Shown: positions 38,953 through 51,612, counted from the stretch's first letter. The stretch: 64,000 nt of DNA from Haliotis rubra (GCF_003918875.1 NW_025767279.1:186001-250000), one strand, 5' to 3'. Numbers and translations are program-made. Notes: generated by a model from the sequence alone, not told the origin.

Positions 38953-41641
38953 TCAGTTATCTGTGAACATTTGATTGACATAATCGAACTCCTTGCTTGT
39001 CAGGGTGTAGTATCTTTCAGACCTTCCTACAGGCAATGGGTTAGAGATAGAAGCAATGATATCATCCAAAGGAATGTTGATTTCATCTTGTTTTGAAGGC
39101 CACTGGAATTGCACTTTACCCCTCACACCCCCCCCTTTGACATGAACGTGATAAAGACATCCGAATCTTCTTCGTCTACATCAAGGACTTTTCCGATATA
39201 CCACTGACTTTCAGAAGACGCTGCTACAAACTCTCCAACTTTGGGTATGAAGCTTTCAGCTAAACGTTGTGCAGGCACTAGTTCTTGCTCTGCTGTTTTT
39301 GGTTCTTGTTCTGCTGTTGTCGTTCCTGGTTCTGATGTTCTTGATTCCTGTCCTGCTGTTATCAGTTCTTGTTCTGCTGTTATCAGTTCTTGTTCTGCTG
39401 TTATCAGTTCTTGTTCTGTTGTGTTTGCTTCTGGTTCTGATGTTCTTGGATCTGGTTCTATCAGAGTTCTGTTGGACCACCCTTGACATGGATTTGACAT
39501 GAACAGACATCCAACACAATAGCAAGAAGTCTCTCGGACACTGATTCTGCCCATTCCCATTGCATGGATTGCATGTATCTTCATTGTTCCTTTCACAGGT
39601 TTGGTTCTCATATTGTCAATGATAGCTGATGCTTTTTCATAATCCTGTTGAGAGTAAAAGTGATACTTTATTGACTTTTCGTTTTCTGAAGCCCATTCAT
39701 AAAAGTCCTTTCCGTCTTGGATGGTTGCTTTGCCCTGTTTTATGGCCTGAGCTGCCATACGTTTGCAAGTACCACCGATGCCGTCACAAGGTCCTTTGCC
39801 GTGACCGGCTTCAAAGAAGTTCCATCTTGCTTTCATTCCAAACATTTCCAAATGTTTTGAAATGATTGTGAACATATACCGGTTTCGGTATTGTGAGGAG
39901 GGGCTGTCTGTCCAATAGTGGATCATTTGAGTGTTGCTGAACTTGCTTTTGATAAATGACATCAACTTCTGTAATATGGCAAGAACAGCCGAAGGGTTGT
40001 GGTGATTTACATCTGACACAAAGGCAAGATTTGTGTGCTCGACCCCTCCTTCTGATTTGTGGTATATCACAACTGGGTGAATCGTTGCAGCTGTTGCATT
40101 CCAATATGCAGACTGGATTTCATCATTTCACTGGCACAGAAAGTTTTCTGCGAAGTCCATTTGGACTATGATGTGTTCTTCAGGCAGGTTTTCTTTTAAA
40201 TCATGCAGAGATTGATATTGTTTTGCAACACGATCAATGTGTTCCAAGAAAAGTTTGAAATGTTCAAGCATCATCTTGATAAATTCTTCTGTGGGTTTAC
40301 AGATCTTCACAATTCTCATTTTCTTTTTCCCTTGAATATCAACACTTTTCCACTCTTCATATTCTATTTCAATATCATCCCGAACAGAAGAAAGCAATAC
40401 TTTCATTTGTTCCTCAGAAACATTTCTGCCTACAACTTCAGGGTTTGGAGATATGCCTATCCCTAGGGTACTTGTTAAACATTTGAGCTTTAACGCCATA
40501 TTTTGATGTTTAGTACAAAGGCATTTGTTTCTTTATAAAAGGGATGTCACCTCGATGTGTTTTGGGCGAATTTTGCAAAATGTAGAAAATGAAATACTTG
40601 TTTCTGGGTTTTCTGCTCGGAATCTTTCATGAATGATACTCAAATAGTCGTTCAGGATTCTGGTTTGTTTTCTTTCGCCATTGCATTTCTTGAAATCTCT
40701 TTTGCCAGGCATAGCTCTGCTGATTTCGTCTTTCGCTAAGAATTCTGTCACTTTTGTTTCAAGATCCAATTTCAGTTTTGAGAGTCGTTTTCTCTTTGTA
40801 ACATTAAGTGTTTTTCTGTTTCCTGATGCATTGAATTCATGTCTTGTTATACCAGTCACTTTTGTGAGATATCTAATGCATCTGTACTTCTTCACAATGC
40901 GACCACTCACCACAGTGTTTATTGACGATCGATGTCTCTGATTAGTGTTTTCGTCATGAGCATTCTTTATTTCGGAAATGAGGGCATTACCAATCTTCAG
41001 TTGTCGCACAACAGACCTAAGCACAGATCTGGGACTTATTCCAGACTTCCTGATATCATTTATAGCTTTAGATTTTGGAGTGAGTTCTAGTGTGCTTCTG
41101 GAAGCAGCTTCTATTTTCCTTGTTTTTTTCAATCGTTCAAATCGTTTTTGAAAGCGCCATGATTTTTGTTGATTCTTTTTCAACAGTGATTTCAATCTCA
41201 ACACTTCGTGCCTTGACTTCGCCAATGATTTAGATCTGCGTGTAGACGACTTACGCTTGGTAGGAAAGGGAAGTTGAACCAGCAATCGGTTCATCTGTGA
41301 TCTTGTCTGTGAACTTGTTGATGGTTGCGGATCGGATGAACTTGAAACTTCATCCAACTGAGTTGCACTTGAATTCAAAGTATCATTCGAGGTCGATGTT
41401 TCAACAACTTCAACTTCAACTTGCCTTTCATTGCGTTCCTTGCATTGCTTTTTTTCTGTCTGTACTTTGAAGAGTATTCTTTATCAATAAGTCTTCGTCT
41501 TTTCAACTTTGATCTTGACAACATTGCGACAGGAACTCTATATTTAACTTGCCTTAGTCTCTCTTTTTCTAAAAAGTCAGCATCATTTAGCCTTTTTCTT
41601 TCTCTGTAGGCACGCTGAATTTCAGCACGTGTCTTGCCCAT
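38953..41641 (-). pseudogene. Sola-type DDD transposase pseudogene (about 890 codons)
   Basis: MGKTRAEIQ start; DFAENF, WTDSPSSQYRN and HGKGPCDGIGG motifs; in-frame stops at 40533 and 40128; frameshifts near 41420 and 39125. Confidence 0.8.
39280..39460 (-). repeat. 21-bp coding tandem repeat (TAEQELI)n
   Basis: TTCTTGTTCTGCTGTTATCAG units on the + strand. Confidence 0.9.
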
Positions 41642-43225
41642 TATGGCACTGCAATATAATACTACAAGATATATTAAGATGCCTATGTAATTCTGGCTGA
41701 TTGATAGCTTTTCATTTGATTCAATCAACCATAATTCCATAAAAACCAGATACGTTACCATAAAAACCAGATACGTTACCATTCTTTTCTCATTACTGTG
41801 TTACTATAACTATGTCTAAGTATTTTCAGCACATCCAAAACGTAATTATTTTTTATTGATAGTGAAATCATTTGGAATTAATAGAATGTTCACATTAAAG
41901 TTTTAATTTTTATTTTACCAGATACGTTACTGTGAAAAACTAAATACGTTACCTTCAAATTTGTAATAACCATCATATGTACCTATGTCAGTGTGATTGA
42001 AATACTTACTGTGTCGTATTGCATTATGGTATTTATCAGTTTGATATGAAACTCTATACTTTTTACGTTATTCTAACTCAACCAAATACGTTACAGCATT
42101 TACCAGATACGTGACCAATAAAACCAGATACGTTACCGTCAGATTCCCTTCAACCGACTGCTATACAAACATTGATTGTTTACTAAGAAAATACATCAAA
42201 TTACATTCACAAATTAACCCAAAACTTTCAAAAAAAAGGTGTTTTGTTGACCTTACTTATGATAAAATTCAATGATTCATTGAAAAAAATTGCGATTTAA
42301 GTGGATACATACCAAATGATGACAGGACTGCTTCTTCTGCTCTCATGACACCCGGAAGTGGACTAGCAGACGATGTTATCATCCAATCAAAATACTCCTG
42401 AATGTAGGCAGGCGCAGTAGTTACTTTTTCAAACATGGTAACGTATCTGGTTGTAACGTATCTGGTTAACTTAATTTTAAACTATTCAGGGCAGTCACGT
42501 AAAATGTTGTGCTCTCAATTGGGCGAAGGTCTACGGGGAGTAGCTCTCAATTGAGCGAAGGTCTACGGGGAGTAGCTCATGTTGTCTTTTCACCTGGAAC
42601 AGTCAGTTGAGGGGACTTATAATCGATTACTTGGTAACGTATCTGGTCAAAATCTAAAGTGACAAACGATATTTCAAAAGATCTTAGCATGATTGTTACT
42701 TTCGTAAAAAAAGTGAAGTAATTTTGTCTTTGAGGACATGTAGCTGTTGTTTTGACCTACCAATAGCTACAGAATTAATTGTCCTGTTGCTGTTAAGAGG
42801 AGTTTGATGAACGCTTGAAAGTGCGTAACGTATCTGGTGACATATTTCAAGACACATAATTTGGTATAAAAAAACAAAATACAACACAAAATATGATGTT
42901 CAGGGCTACACATAAATATTTATTAGAATACTGTGGCAAATTAGAACATTTCAGACAGCTGTAAATAGACAAATTGATCAACAAAAGGTGTACTGACTGA
43001 AATACACACTGTCGAAGACAAACGAAACATCACATAACAGCATTGTGTGGGATTAACAGACGTTTCTTGTACCCTTCCTACGAAGTGATTGTGATATGTT
43101 TTTATTTATGTCCACCTTTGTTGTAGTTCCAATGTAACAGAATGTTAAAAGATCGTGTAAATATGTTTATAACTTCACAAATACGTCAGATGATGTTAAT
43201 GTGCAAGTTTAGCGGAGAATGAACC

Positions 43226-44005
43226 TAATAGCTAACGGTTCCCGACGTTATGCGACACTAGCCGTTCGTGGCGATAGTAATCTCAGGAAAATCTTCAAAG
43301 CTAAGAAAATGGAAACCATAGAAAATGATGGTTTTGTAATTGTGGAGCTACCTACAAAGAATAAGAAACCCGTATCAATAGATCTCAACGCAGAAACATT
43401 TTGGAATGACATGGAAAAAATGCGGGAGATTACAAAACTGAAAACGCTGAATCCGAAATGGGGAAGTGTGAAGATTTGCATGATCCTCTCGTTTGCAGCC
43501 AGCGAAAGAATGGTAAGGAATCCTTGAGAATTATTTCTTTGACGAAACATCACAAGTAATTTTTAAGAAAAGTGTCGATTTAGACCCCCCGCATCGGCGA
43601 TGTTACACCAAAGAAGAAATGGTATAAATCATTGTTAAAAACCACGCACTGGACCATAGGAAATCGAACAAAGACCGGCGATGTGCGACGTCACGGACAT
43701 GTACCGTGCGCGTCACCGTGCTACACTCCAAGCCTTCCCGCTGGAGCAGTTTGCAGACAAGCTCGTGACGGAAGATGAGTTCTACCCGCGGGATGGACAG
43801 GCGGTCTATTTTAGACCAAACCCCGCGATGAACAAGGGCGTCGGTATTTTTACCAGCGGCTTTTGGAGACCGGGTACTGTCACCGCATCTAAGAACTCTA
43901 ACTGTGGCCGAGTGTACGATGTGACGGACACTCAAACCTCCCATAGGTTCCAGTCGAACAGACATCAGATCCATGATGGACAGATTTAGATGTATGATAA
44001 ATAAA
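43226..44005 (+). pseudogene. Integrase-like remnant (HTH, His-motif segment, SH3-like C-terminus); catalytic core absent
   Basis: ITKLKTLNPKWGSVKI HTH-like; frameshifted RCYTKEEM..II.KNHALDH; GQAVYF...WRPGTV...RVYDV...NRHQI*; AATAAA follows. Confidence 0.4.
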
Positions 44006-44091
44006 TGTTTTTACACGATATTCACTCTTTTGTCTTTCTTCATGTATCGTTGAATATTTAAAGGAAAGCAAACGTATTCAATAATTAGCAT

Positions 44092-44193
44092 GGCCTAAGT
44101 TTTCGAAGCTCTCTTACTTCTATGATAGTCGTAAAAACATTAGCAATATCGAAAGACCATCTTAGGGCTAACAGAGCTTCGAAAATCTAGGCC
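44092..44193. mobile_element. About 100-bp Harbinger-like MITE
   Basis: GGCCTAAGTTTTCGAAGCTCT ... AGAGCTTCGAAAATCTAGGCC inverted ends. Confidence 0.75.
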
Positions 44194-45349
44194 CAGGGGT
44201 ATCAGTAAGTTAGAAACACATAAATGAAATGCCATAAACCCCTATTCTACAGAGCTGAAATGTTCTAATGACGATGAGTAGGAAATCCGCCACAGATTAG
44301 GGTAGGTACGGCAACTAGCCATGGATTTGAAAGTCTGCCATGGATTTGGAAATCTGCCACGGATTTGAGGCCTGCCATGGATCCGAGTCCTACACATATG
44401 CAATGATTGCATGAGGGATAGTTGTGAAGTAGATACGTAAATCAGACTTATCACCAGATACAAAGATCGAAACCATTATAGATTTACCTCCGAAAACAAG
44501 ACATAAAACATACATTTCTACATGGTCAGTTATATTTGTATACTATTGCTATAAATACCCTGGACCCATGTCATTCGCCAACATAGCCTCTACGTGGAGT
44601 AAAACGACAAGCCACAAAGACAAGCAGATTATATCACTTATACTTGATTGACTGACTGACTGGTGACATTCGTCACCACTCGTCCCGTTTCGTAACCTAC
44701 ATTCGGCTTGACCCGGAATATCTCGAGTTGTTCACAAATGTGACTGCGAGCGTCTTGTGTCATTCGGAGATTTCCCCCTCGTTTCAATATGCAGGACAAA
44801 TTCTTTCCATTCGACATTTTTTCAAGCATGTCATACATTCATACAGTCGGGGATGGTAGGGTACAAGAAATAAAGTTTTCTCAAACTCATTCAGCAAATA
44901 TTTTCAACAAAACTATAGGATTACTGAACGTGAATGGCCCAAGTACAGCATGCAGCCCTCACATGTTGTAGAAGCACTTTTGGAGGCATATCACACAGTA
45001 TATTCGAGCATGGCATTCAAATTCAAAGACTCTGGAACAAGTCTTATTCAAAATTTGGCACGCCTGACAGTTACAGTGACTGGCTTAAAACTGGACAAGA
45101 AAGAGAGCCAAGAAAACAGAACTCGAAACCCTGCAAGTACCTGCGTCAGGTCATACAAAAGGTGTGCATGTCCGTGATAATATAATCCTTCCTGTTGGTA
45201 TGCACAAGCGATCATCTTCTACAAAGAAATATTGCGACAGGCGAAATCCTATTCACACTTAAATTCACACTTCCTTCAATTACTGCACTGGTATTGATTA
45301 GGATTCTTCACGGCGATTTCAATTAGCAATGTGTTATGATAACTTATAT

Positions 45350-46312
45350 TTAGATACGTGCTTGCATCGAGAACTCTGTTATGCTGCTTTGTCCATTTAC
45401 AGCAACAGGGTTGACAGTGCCCCGCACCCCTTTCTTTCTCGCTTCAATCGCCCCAGCGTGTTCGTCATATTGCATCCTCTTGTGCTCGTAAAACTCGAAC
45501 ATGACAATGCATATGAGGATGAGGTTTTTTAGCATAAAGGGAGAGATTCCAACACTGAAGCCATGCCAGAGAACTAACCGAACAATCAGATTGGGAACAT
45601 TCACCACCAGCACCACAAGTAACTTGTGTAGCGCCACAAGACGTTTCGACATCTTCTTGTATCCAAAGTTGGTGAGGCTGAGCGTGATCAAGGGCACTGT
45701 TGGAATAATGAGATTGAGACCTGCCACCGCTAAAACAGTTTGCTGAAGTCCTGGCAGGAACATGTCCCTTGATGTCTTGTCGAACATCACCTCTAAGACA
45801 TCCACGGTGTCCAACACGTCGAACACAACGGTTCCAGTAAGGTCTTCAATATATCGCCTGCGTTCGCTAGCAGGAGGAGCGTCATGGTGAGACATCAACA
45901 AAAAGATGAATACACATGACGCCAAGGCTAGCGACGTCTTTAATGTATTGGGGCCAAAGAATGTTTCTTCGTTTAATCTCAAGGAGAATTTGTTGAAAGC
46001 TATGGCCATCCTTGCTACTAGGCTTACCGAGTACACAAGCCATGCCAACCAACCAATTGTGACCGCTTTAGTTTGCTCGTTCCCAGCTTCCTGTAGAGAA
46101 AGGCGTAGTCGTGATATGATGAAGGAGGCGATGAAGATACCGACGTTGACCAGGTCGAACGCTAACCATGCCCAGCTGAATTGGGTCTGATGTTTGGCCA
46201 GGTAATAATCCAGAATACCTCCTTGGGCGAGTAGAAGCAGAATGCAAAGGATCCGAGCTGGGATGCCATTCAAGGCTCCACAACATCTCACAAGACAATC
46301 CCCCAGCCACAT
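45350..46312 (-). CDS. TMEM121/CECR6-family multi-pass membrane protein, 320 aa, intact (copy 4)
   Basis: Colinear with and highly similar to copy 3; uninterrupted ORF; upstream acceptor CATATTCAG conserved. Confidence 0.85.
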   Translation of the reverse strand: MWLGDCLVRCCGALNGIPARILCILLLLAQGGILDYYLAKHQTQFSWAWLAFDLVNVGIFIASFIISRLRLSLQEAGNEQTKAVTIGWLAWLVYSVSLVARMAIAFNKFSLRLNEETFFGPNTLKTSLALASCVFIFLLMSHHDAPPASERRRYIEDLTGTVVFDVLDTVDVLEVMFDKTSRDMFLPGLQQTVLAVAGLNLIIPTVPLITLSLTNFGYKKMSKRLVALHKLLVVLVVNVPNLIVRLVLWHGFSVGISPFMLKNLILICIVMFEFYEHKRMQYDEHAGAIEARKKGVRGTVNPVAVNGQSSITEFSMQARI

Positions 46313-49270
46313 GGCAAATCCTGAATTTCACACTAATATCAGGAAAGTTGAGTTTGACCGACTGAATATGTGAGAAAGAAATTCAATCACAGACTATGTT
46401 AACCCAGATAATGACATAAATCCTTGCCAGCAAGCCAGTTAGCACTGTCGTTCACTCTGTGTCACGTTCTGTGTTCTGAACTTTCTTCTAAAAGACACCG
46501 GATGATGTGACCGTGTTTTCATCAAGACTTCAAAACTATTCACCGTTGTGAGTCCAATTTCCAATTAGTTATACACTTGAACTATATCCGTGCGAGTTGA
46601 TGTAGTTTATGCAGCCTCTTGAAGCGCGGTTACCCTTTTTAAAAAACCTAGAACGTTTGGCGCCCGACCATCAGAGGCTGTGCATGTAGGACATTCCTGT
46701 GGTCACGTGGACGGTACTGTGCCTGTAAGCATGCGTGTCACAACAGGTAACTATTTATCTCAATATGATCCAGCAGCTGGAATTTTTATGAAACTTATCA
46801 TAAAAAGCTATATGCAACAATTTCTGTCTTGGCAGTTCTCTTTACATCACGCGGTGTACACTTTGGTTCCACTGAGCGCAACACTTCTGATGTCTTCTAT
46901 TTTCGTGATACATTGAATAACCTTTGTTGAAAGAAGCATATACCAGCTGTTCACCTTTATATGACATTTATTGTTTCATCCGAATACCTCCATTGCTTCC
47001 TTCCGTAATTTGTCGACAATATCCAATCGTTCCGCTGACTTCCCGGTGCTCGTTGCACCAGGCTGACCTGGTCATATTCACAAATGCCACCTCTTGTGTC
47101 CAAACACTAAGCACACACGCCAATGCTAATCAATCACTTCAAAGTCACCAACTGAGCTCACAAGTGTGGCCAAGTGCCGCTGTCTTCGATACCCAACACA
47201 ATTATACCTCCAACGAGAGTGACTGTGGACGTTCACAGACAATCCACAGATAACCTTTCGCCAGTACCAGACAAATACCAAATGGTTGTTGATGAATGTC
47301 CGACGTGGATGATGGATCAAAGTGAGAGTGTCCCTAATGGACGTCGGTGTATAATTGACCACCGTCAATCGAGTGGGATGGATGCAGGTCACGGGCTTGG
47401 AATTCTAAACCTGAAAAAATAAAATAACATGGGAAACTGAATCAAGTACATACATTTCCAATGCATGTTCACGCCATCTTTACATGCACTAATGAATCTA
47501 AATACCTTTCTTCCGTTTCATGTTTCCGACACTGTATATCTTTTTTATAGCTCCGAAGCATTCTGTTTAATTAATCACAAGCATATCACATTTGCGAAGC
47601 GATTTAATGACTTGATGTGGTCGATTATCGACCAACAAAATACGAGATACCGTTAAATTTGCATAACAAATGGGATTGTGATATTTGACTGGAAGGCGTG
47701 TGTTGGCTGTTCCAACAACGGCATAAATTCAGAGCTAATGACTTGGTGGAAGCCTGCACTGTTGTAAACATGCAATGTTGCAGATGTATCCGAAGACGTC
47801 GTCAGCATCCTGTGTGCTTGGAGAGGATAGATCACGTGGTTGATTAAGAGAATATTGATTGACCAGGTAAGTCTACCTATCTGGCCCAAGGGAACCATCC
47901 TGGTAATGGAACTGAGGAGAGTGGGATTTCATGGGTGAGTTCCAGTTTTCTGAATGGATACATTAGGTTGGTTTCATATAAACGTACCACCAAGTGAGGA
48001 TTATGAGTCACATCTAGAACATTTCTACAAAATACGATGATGCGTGTAATACGTACAACAATCGTAATGAATAAACACGTGGGTCAACTCTCCACATAAA
48101 TGCAGCCACTTCAGTGTACACGGAGGAAATCAATAAGTGCGATAATAATTATACGGCAACTTTTAACATCACCACGACTGCAAACACCTTGTTTGTCAAA
48201 TTATATTGAAAGTAAAATACGTATTTTGTTTATGAACAAAATTGCTTTCAATTCGATTGCTGATTTACAGCTTTAAACGTTTCTGACTGCTATGTGATCA
48301 GCGCATCTGCAAACAGAATTTGAGAATTTTCTGTGTATATGAGCTCAGTAGCCTACTCAGGCAGAAACGTGGTTAGGACGGATTATGCGTGTGATGAATC
48401 AGCTCTGTCTGCCTCCAATAATGGCAGTAAACCTGCTGACTAATAATCATGCATTAGGGTTTAAAAAAACCAAGAACAACTAATCATGTTTATAAACTTT
48501 CAAGAACTACTACATCAAATGTGACATGCCATGAGCCTATGTGTGAAAAGGTATTTTCTGTACAATTACCCATAAGTCCCACTGACTTATCAGAAACATT
48601 ACATCAAGAAATATAGTTGCAGGCAACGATGGGGGCTCCTTGGCTTTAGTTCTATCTATTTTATCTGAGGGCTAGAAATCATCGTCCAAAACGGAGCCAG
48701 AACACGTTGTTGACAGGCGAACGGATCTTCCAAATACAGCCGGGGTCGCGGGGGGTCATGTTTCTTTTAAGAAGTTCCGGAGAAGAAATAGAAATAGTTC
48801 CCTCTTTAAAAGGCTGTATCTCAGTTGTTCTTGGGTCTACAGTCAAAACAATTAGTGTTCTGGAATCACCAAGACTTCATCTACCATACTTTTTGTGGGA
48901 GCAAACTACTCAGAAAACTGCTGAAAAACATGGCCAAAAACTGAAAACAAAAATAACTGCCAAACGGTACGTTTTAGCGACTTGACCCGTCCAGGCAAAA
49001 TTGTTAGGAATTCGATTGTGCATCTGTACAAGAGATTTGGAAGTGTTGGAACATTTAGTTCTTGAGATATTTGCTGTCAAACTTTGACATTTTGGAATTA
49101 ATTTTGAAGTATCTCCCCTTTGTTATTGGGCCTAGAGCCTAGAGATTTTTAAGGGGAATATCTACACCTCGGTGCACATCTGTGTGATTTTTTGTAAGCG
49201 ATTCGGAGCATTGGTTTAGGAGTTATGTTTGGTAAAAAATCGGCGGAATAAATAATAATAATAATAATAA

Positions 49271-50922
49271 TTGTCGAGTCCTTTTCTAATGATATTGGCA
49301 TGACATTTGGACTCGACAAATGTAATACTCTTCATTTGAAACGTGGCAAGGTAAGTAATGATGGATCGGTCAAGTTACAAGGGGGAGGAGTTATTGAGCA
49401 TCTTGTGGAAGATCAGGCCTACACCTATCTTGGAATGCAAGTTCGAGACCAGCTCCAGAATGCCCAGATTCAAGAAAAACTTCGGGCCGAGTATAAATCT
49501 CGTTTAAAGAAAATCTGGAGCTCAGAGCTAAATGCTCGAAACAAGGTCAAAGCCACCAATACTTTTGCTGTGCCAGTCCTTTCCTATTCGTTTGGAGTAG
49601 TTGATTGGACAAAACAAGACATCCAGAGTCTTGACCGTCTGACCAGAAGGATCATGTCTGATAACAGAGCCCACCACCCTCGTTCCTCTCTTAACCGTTT
49701 ATACATGCCAATCAATTCTGGAGGTCGGGGTTTGATTAATGTGGAGGCTCTTCATGATAGAATTTTATTGTGTACTTTTGCACATATATATTTATCGGAT
49801 GATCCTCTAGTAATGCATGTGAAGACACATGATGAAAGCAAGGAATTCCACAGCTATTTTAAGCGTGCCAAGGTTGTTGGACAGAATCTGAGATTTGAGG
49901 TTGATTTTGTTGATGGCGATGTACTGCTGGACGGTACAGTGATGGGAGTAAACCAGGTGAAGTCCTTCACCAAGTCTGCCCAGAGTCGGTCTTTTGTGGA
50001 GAAGCTTTCTGAGAAGCCATTGCATCGTGTGTACATGCAGTGTGTTGAACAGAATAGCAATCCCACCGACTCCTTCGCCTGGATGAAGTCGGCTGGTCTT
50101 AAATGTGAAACTGAGGGCTTCCTTTTTGCTGCTCAGGACCAGTCACTTCCCACTCGCAAACGCCTAAATGTGATTGTTAAAGAAAATATCAATATGAAAT
50201 GTCGACTTTGCAATGAATTCACAGAGACTGTCCAACACCTTGTCAGTGGATGCCCTTCCTTGGCACAGACAGCATATCTTAAACGACATGATGGCATGGC
50301 TCGTTGCTTTTACTACCGTCTCCGACATGCCTGTGGCTTTGACTCCGAGGTCCATCCATGGTACGACCATGATTATGTCCAGGGCGTCATGGAAAATGAT
50401 GCTTTCAAACTTCTGTGGAATAGGCCCATATACAGCCTCAGAAGAATTCCTGCCAACAAACCTGATCTTGTCCTTTTTGATAAAGCCAATGAATTTATTT
50501 ATATCATTGAATTTTCTTTCCCTTTTTGACACCAATGTGATTAGCAAGATTCAGGAAAAGTATGATAAATATGCAGACCTCGCCTTTGAAATGTCTCGCT
50601 CCCCATTGTTCTCGGTGCCCTAGGTTTGGTACCTCCTGATCTCTTGGCGCAGATCAGGAGAGTGTCCGGGTTCTCCCCTGGAGCACAGCTCTTCTGACAC
50701 TCTGGGTAATGCAGAAGGCTGCAGTGTTGGGGAGCCTTCATATTCTCCGGAACGTTCTTGGTGGGTTCGACTAGGCAGCGTTTCCTGGGAGAAGTTCCAT
50801 TCGCTGTCTGGGCTGCGTGTAGAGGGGGCAAGGGCCCTGAGCTGATGATGAGCCTTACCGGCCTGACTGTGCCAGGATCACCCGAACCCTCTCTGCTGCA
50901 TACTATCTTTAATCTGTAAAAC
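49271..50922 (+). mobile_element. 5'-truncated R4/Dong-clade (RLE-type) non-LTR retrotransposon
   Basis: GMTFGLDKC, YTYLG, GGRGL, AAQDQ, CRLC...ET..H..SGC, RHD, KPDLV...IIE, K..KY; flanked by (TAA)n. Confidence 0.9.
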
Positions 50923-50929
50923 ATAATTA

Positions 50930-51612
50930 ACAGCATATCTTAAACGACATGATGGCATGGCTCGTTGCTTTTACTACCGTCTCCGACATGCCTGTGGCTT
51001 TGAGCCCGAGGTCCATCCATGGTACGACCCTGAACATGTCCAGGGCGTCATGGAAAATGATACTTTCAAACTTCTGTGGAATAGGCCCATATACAGCCTC
51101 AGAAGAATTCCTGCCAACAAACCTGATCTTGTCCTTTTTGACAAAGCCAATGAATTTATTTATATCATTGAATTTTCTTTCCCTTTTTGACACCAATGTG
51201 TTTGGCAAGATTCAGGAAAAGCATGATAAATATGCGGACCTCGCCTTTGAAATGTCTTGCTTGCATCACAAGTACACTGGCGTCAGGCTCCCCATTGTTC
51301 TCGGTGCCCTAGGTTTGGTACCTCCTGATCTCTTGGCGCAGATCAGGAGAGTGCCCGGGTTCTCCACTGGGAGCACAGCCCTTCTGACACTCTGGGTAAT
51401 GCAGAAGGCTGCAGTGTTGGGGAGCCTTCATATTCTCCGGAAAGTTCTTGGTGGGTTCGACTATGCAGTATTTCCTGGGAGAAGTCCCATTCGCTGTCTG
51501 GGCTGCGTGTAGAGGGGGCGAGGGCCCTGAGCTGATGATGAGCCTTACCGGCCTGACTGTGCCAGGATCACTCGAACCCTCTCTGCTGCATACTATCTTT
51601 AATCTGTAAAAC
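50930..51612 (+). mobile_element. Second, shorter copy of the same R4/Dong-type element
   Basis: Repeats 50269-50922 with scattered substitutions and without the about 30-bp deletion of the first copy; followed by (TAA)n. Confidence 0.9.

Larger units (their letters stand above)
38041..43225 (-). mobile_element. Complete 5.2-kb DNA transposon, probably Sola superfamily
   Basis: 28-bp TIRs GGTTCAATCTCCACTAAACTTGCACATT / AATGTGCAAGTTTAGCGGAGAATGAACC (2 mismatches); 4-bp TSD TAAT; many ACCAGATACGTTAC subterminal motifs. Confidence 0.88.

Noticed and set aside
39241-39525. Overlapping low-complexity ORFs (SSCSAVI, RTRTDNS, VLVLLL)
   Set aside because: Alternative frames of the 21-bp repeat inside the transposase.
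50835-50890. Hammerhead in the R4 3' UTR (CTGATGA...GCC/GGC)
   Set aside because: No GAAA follows the stem.
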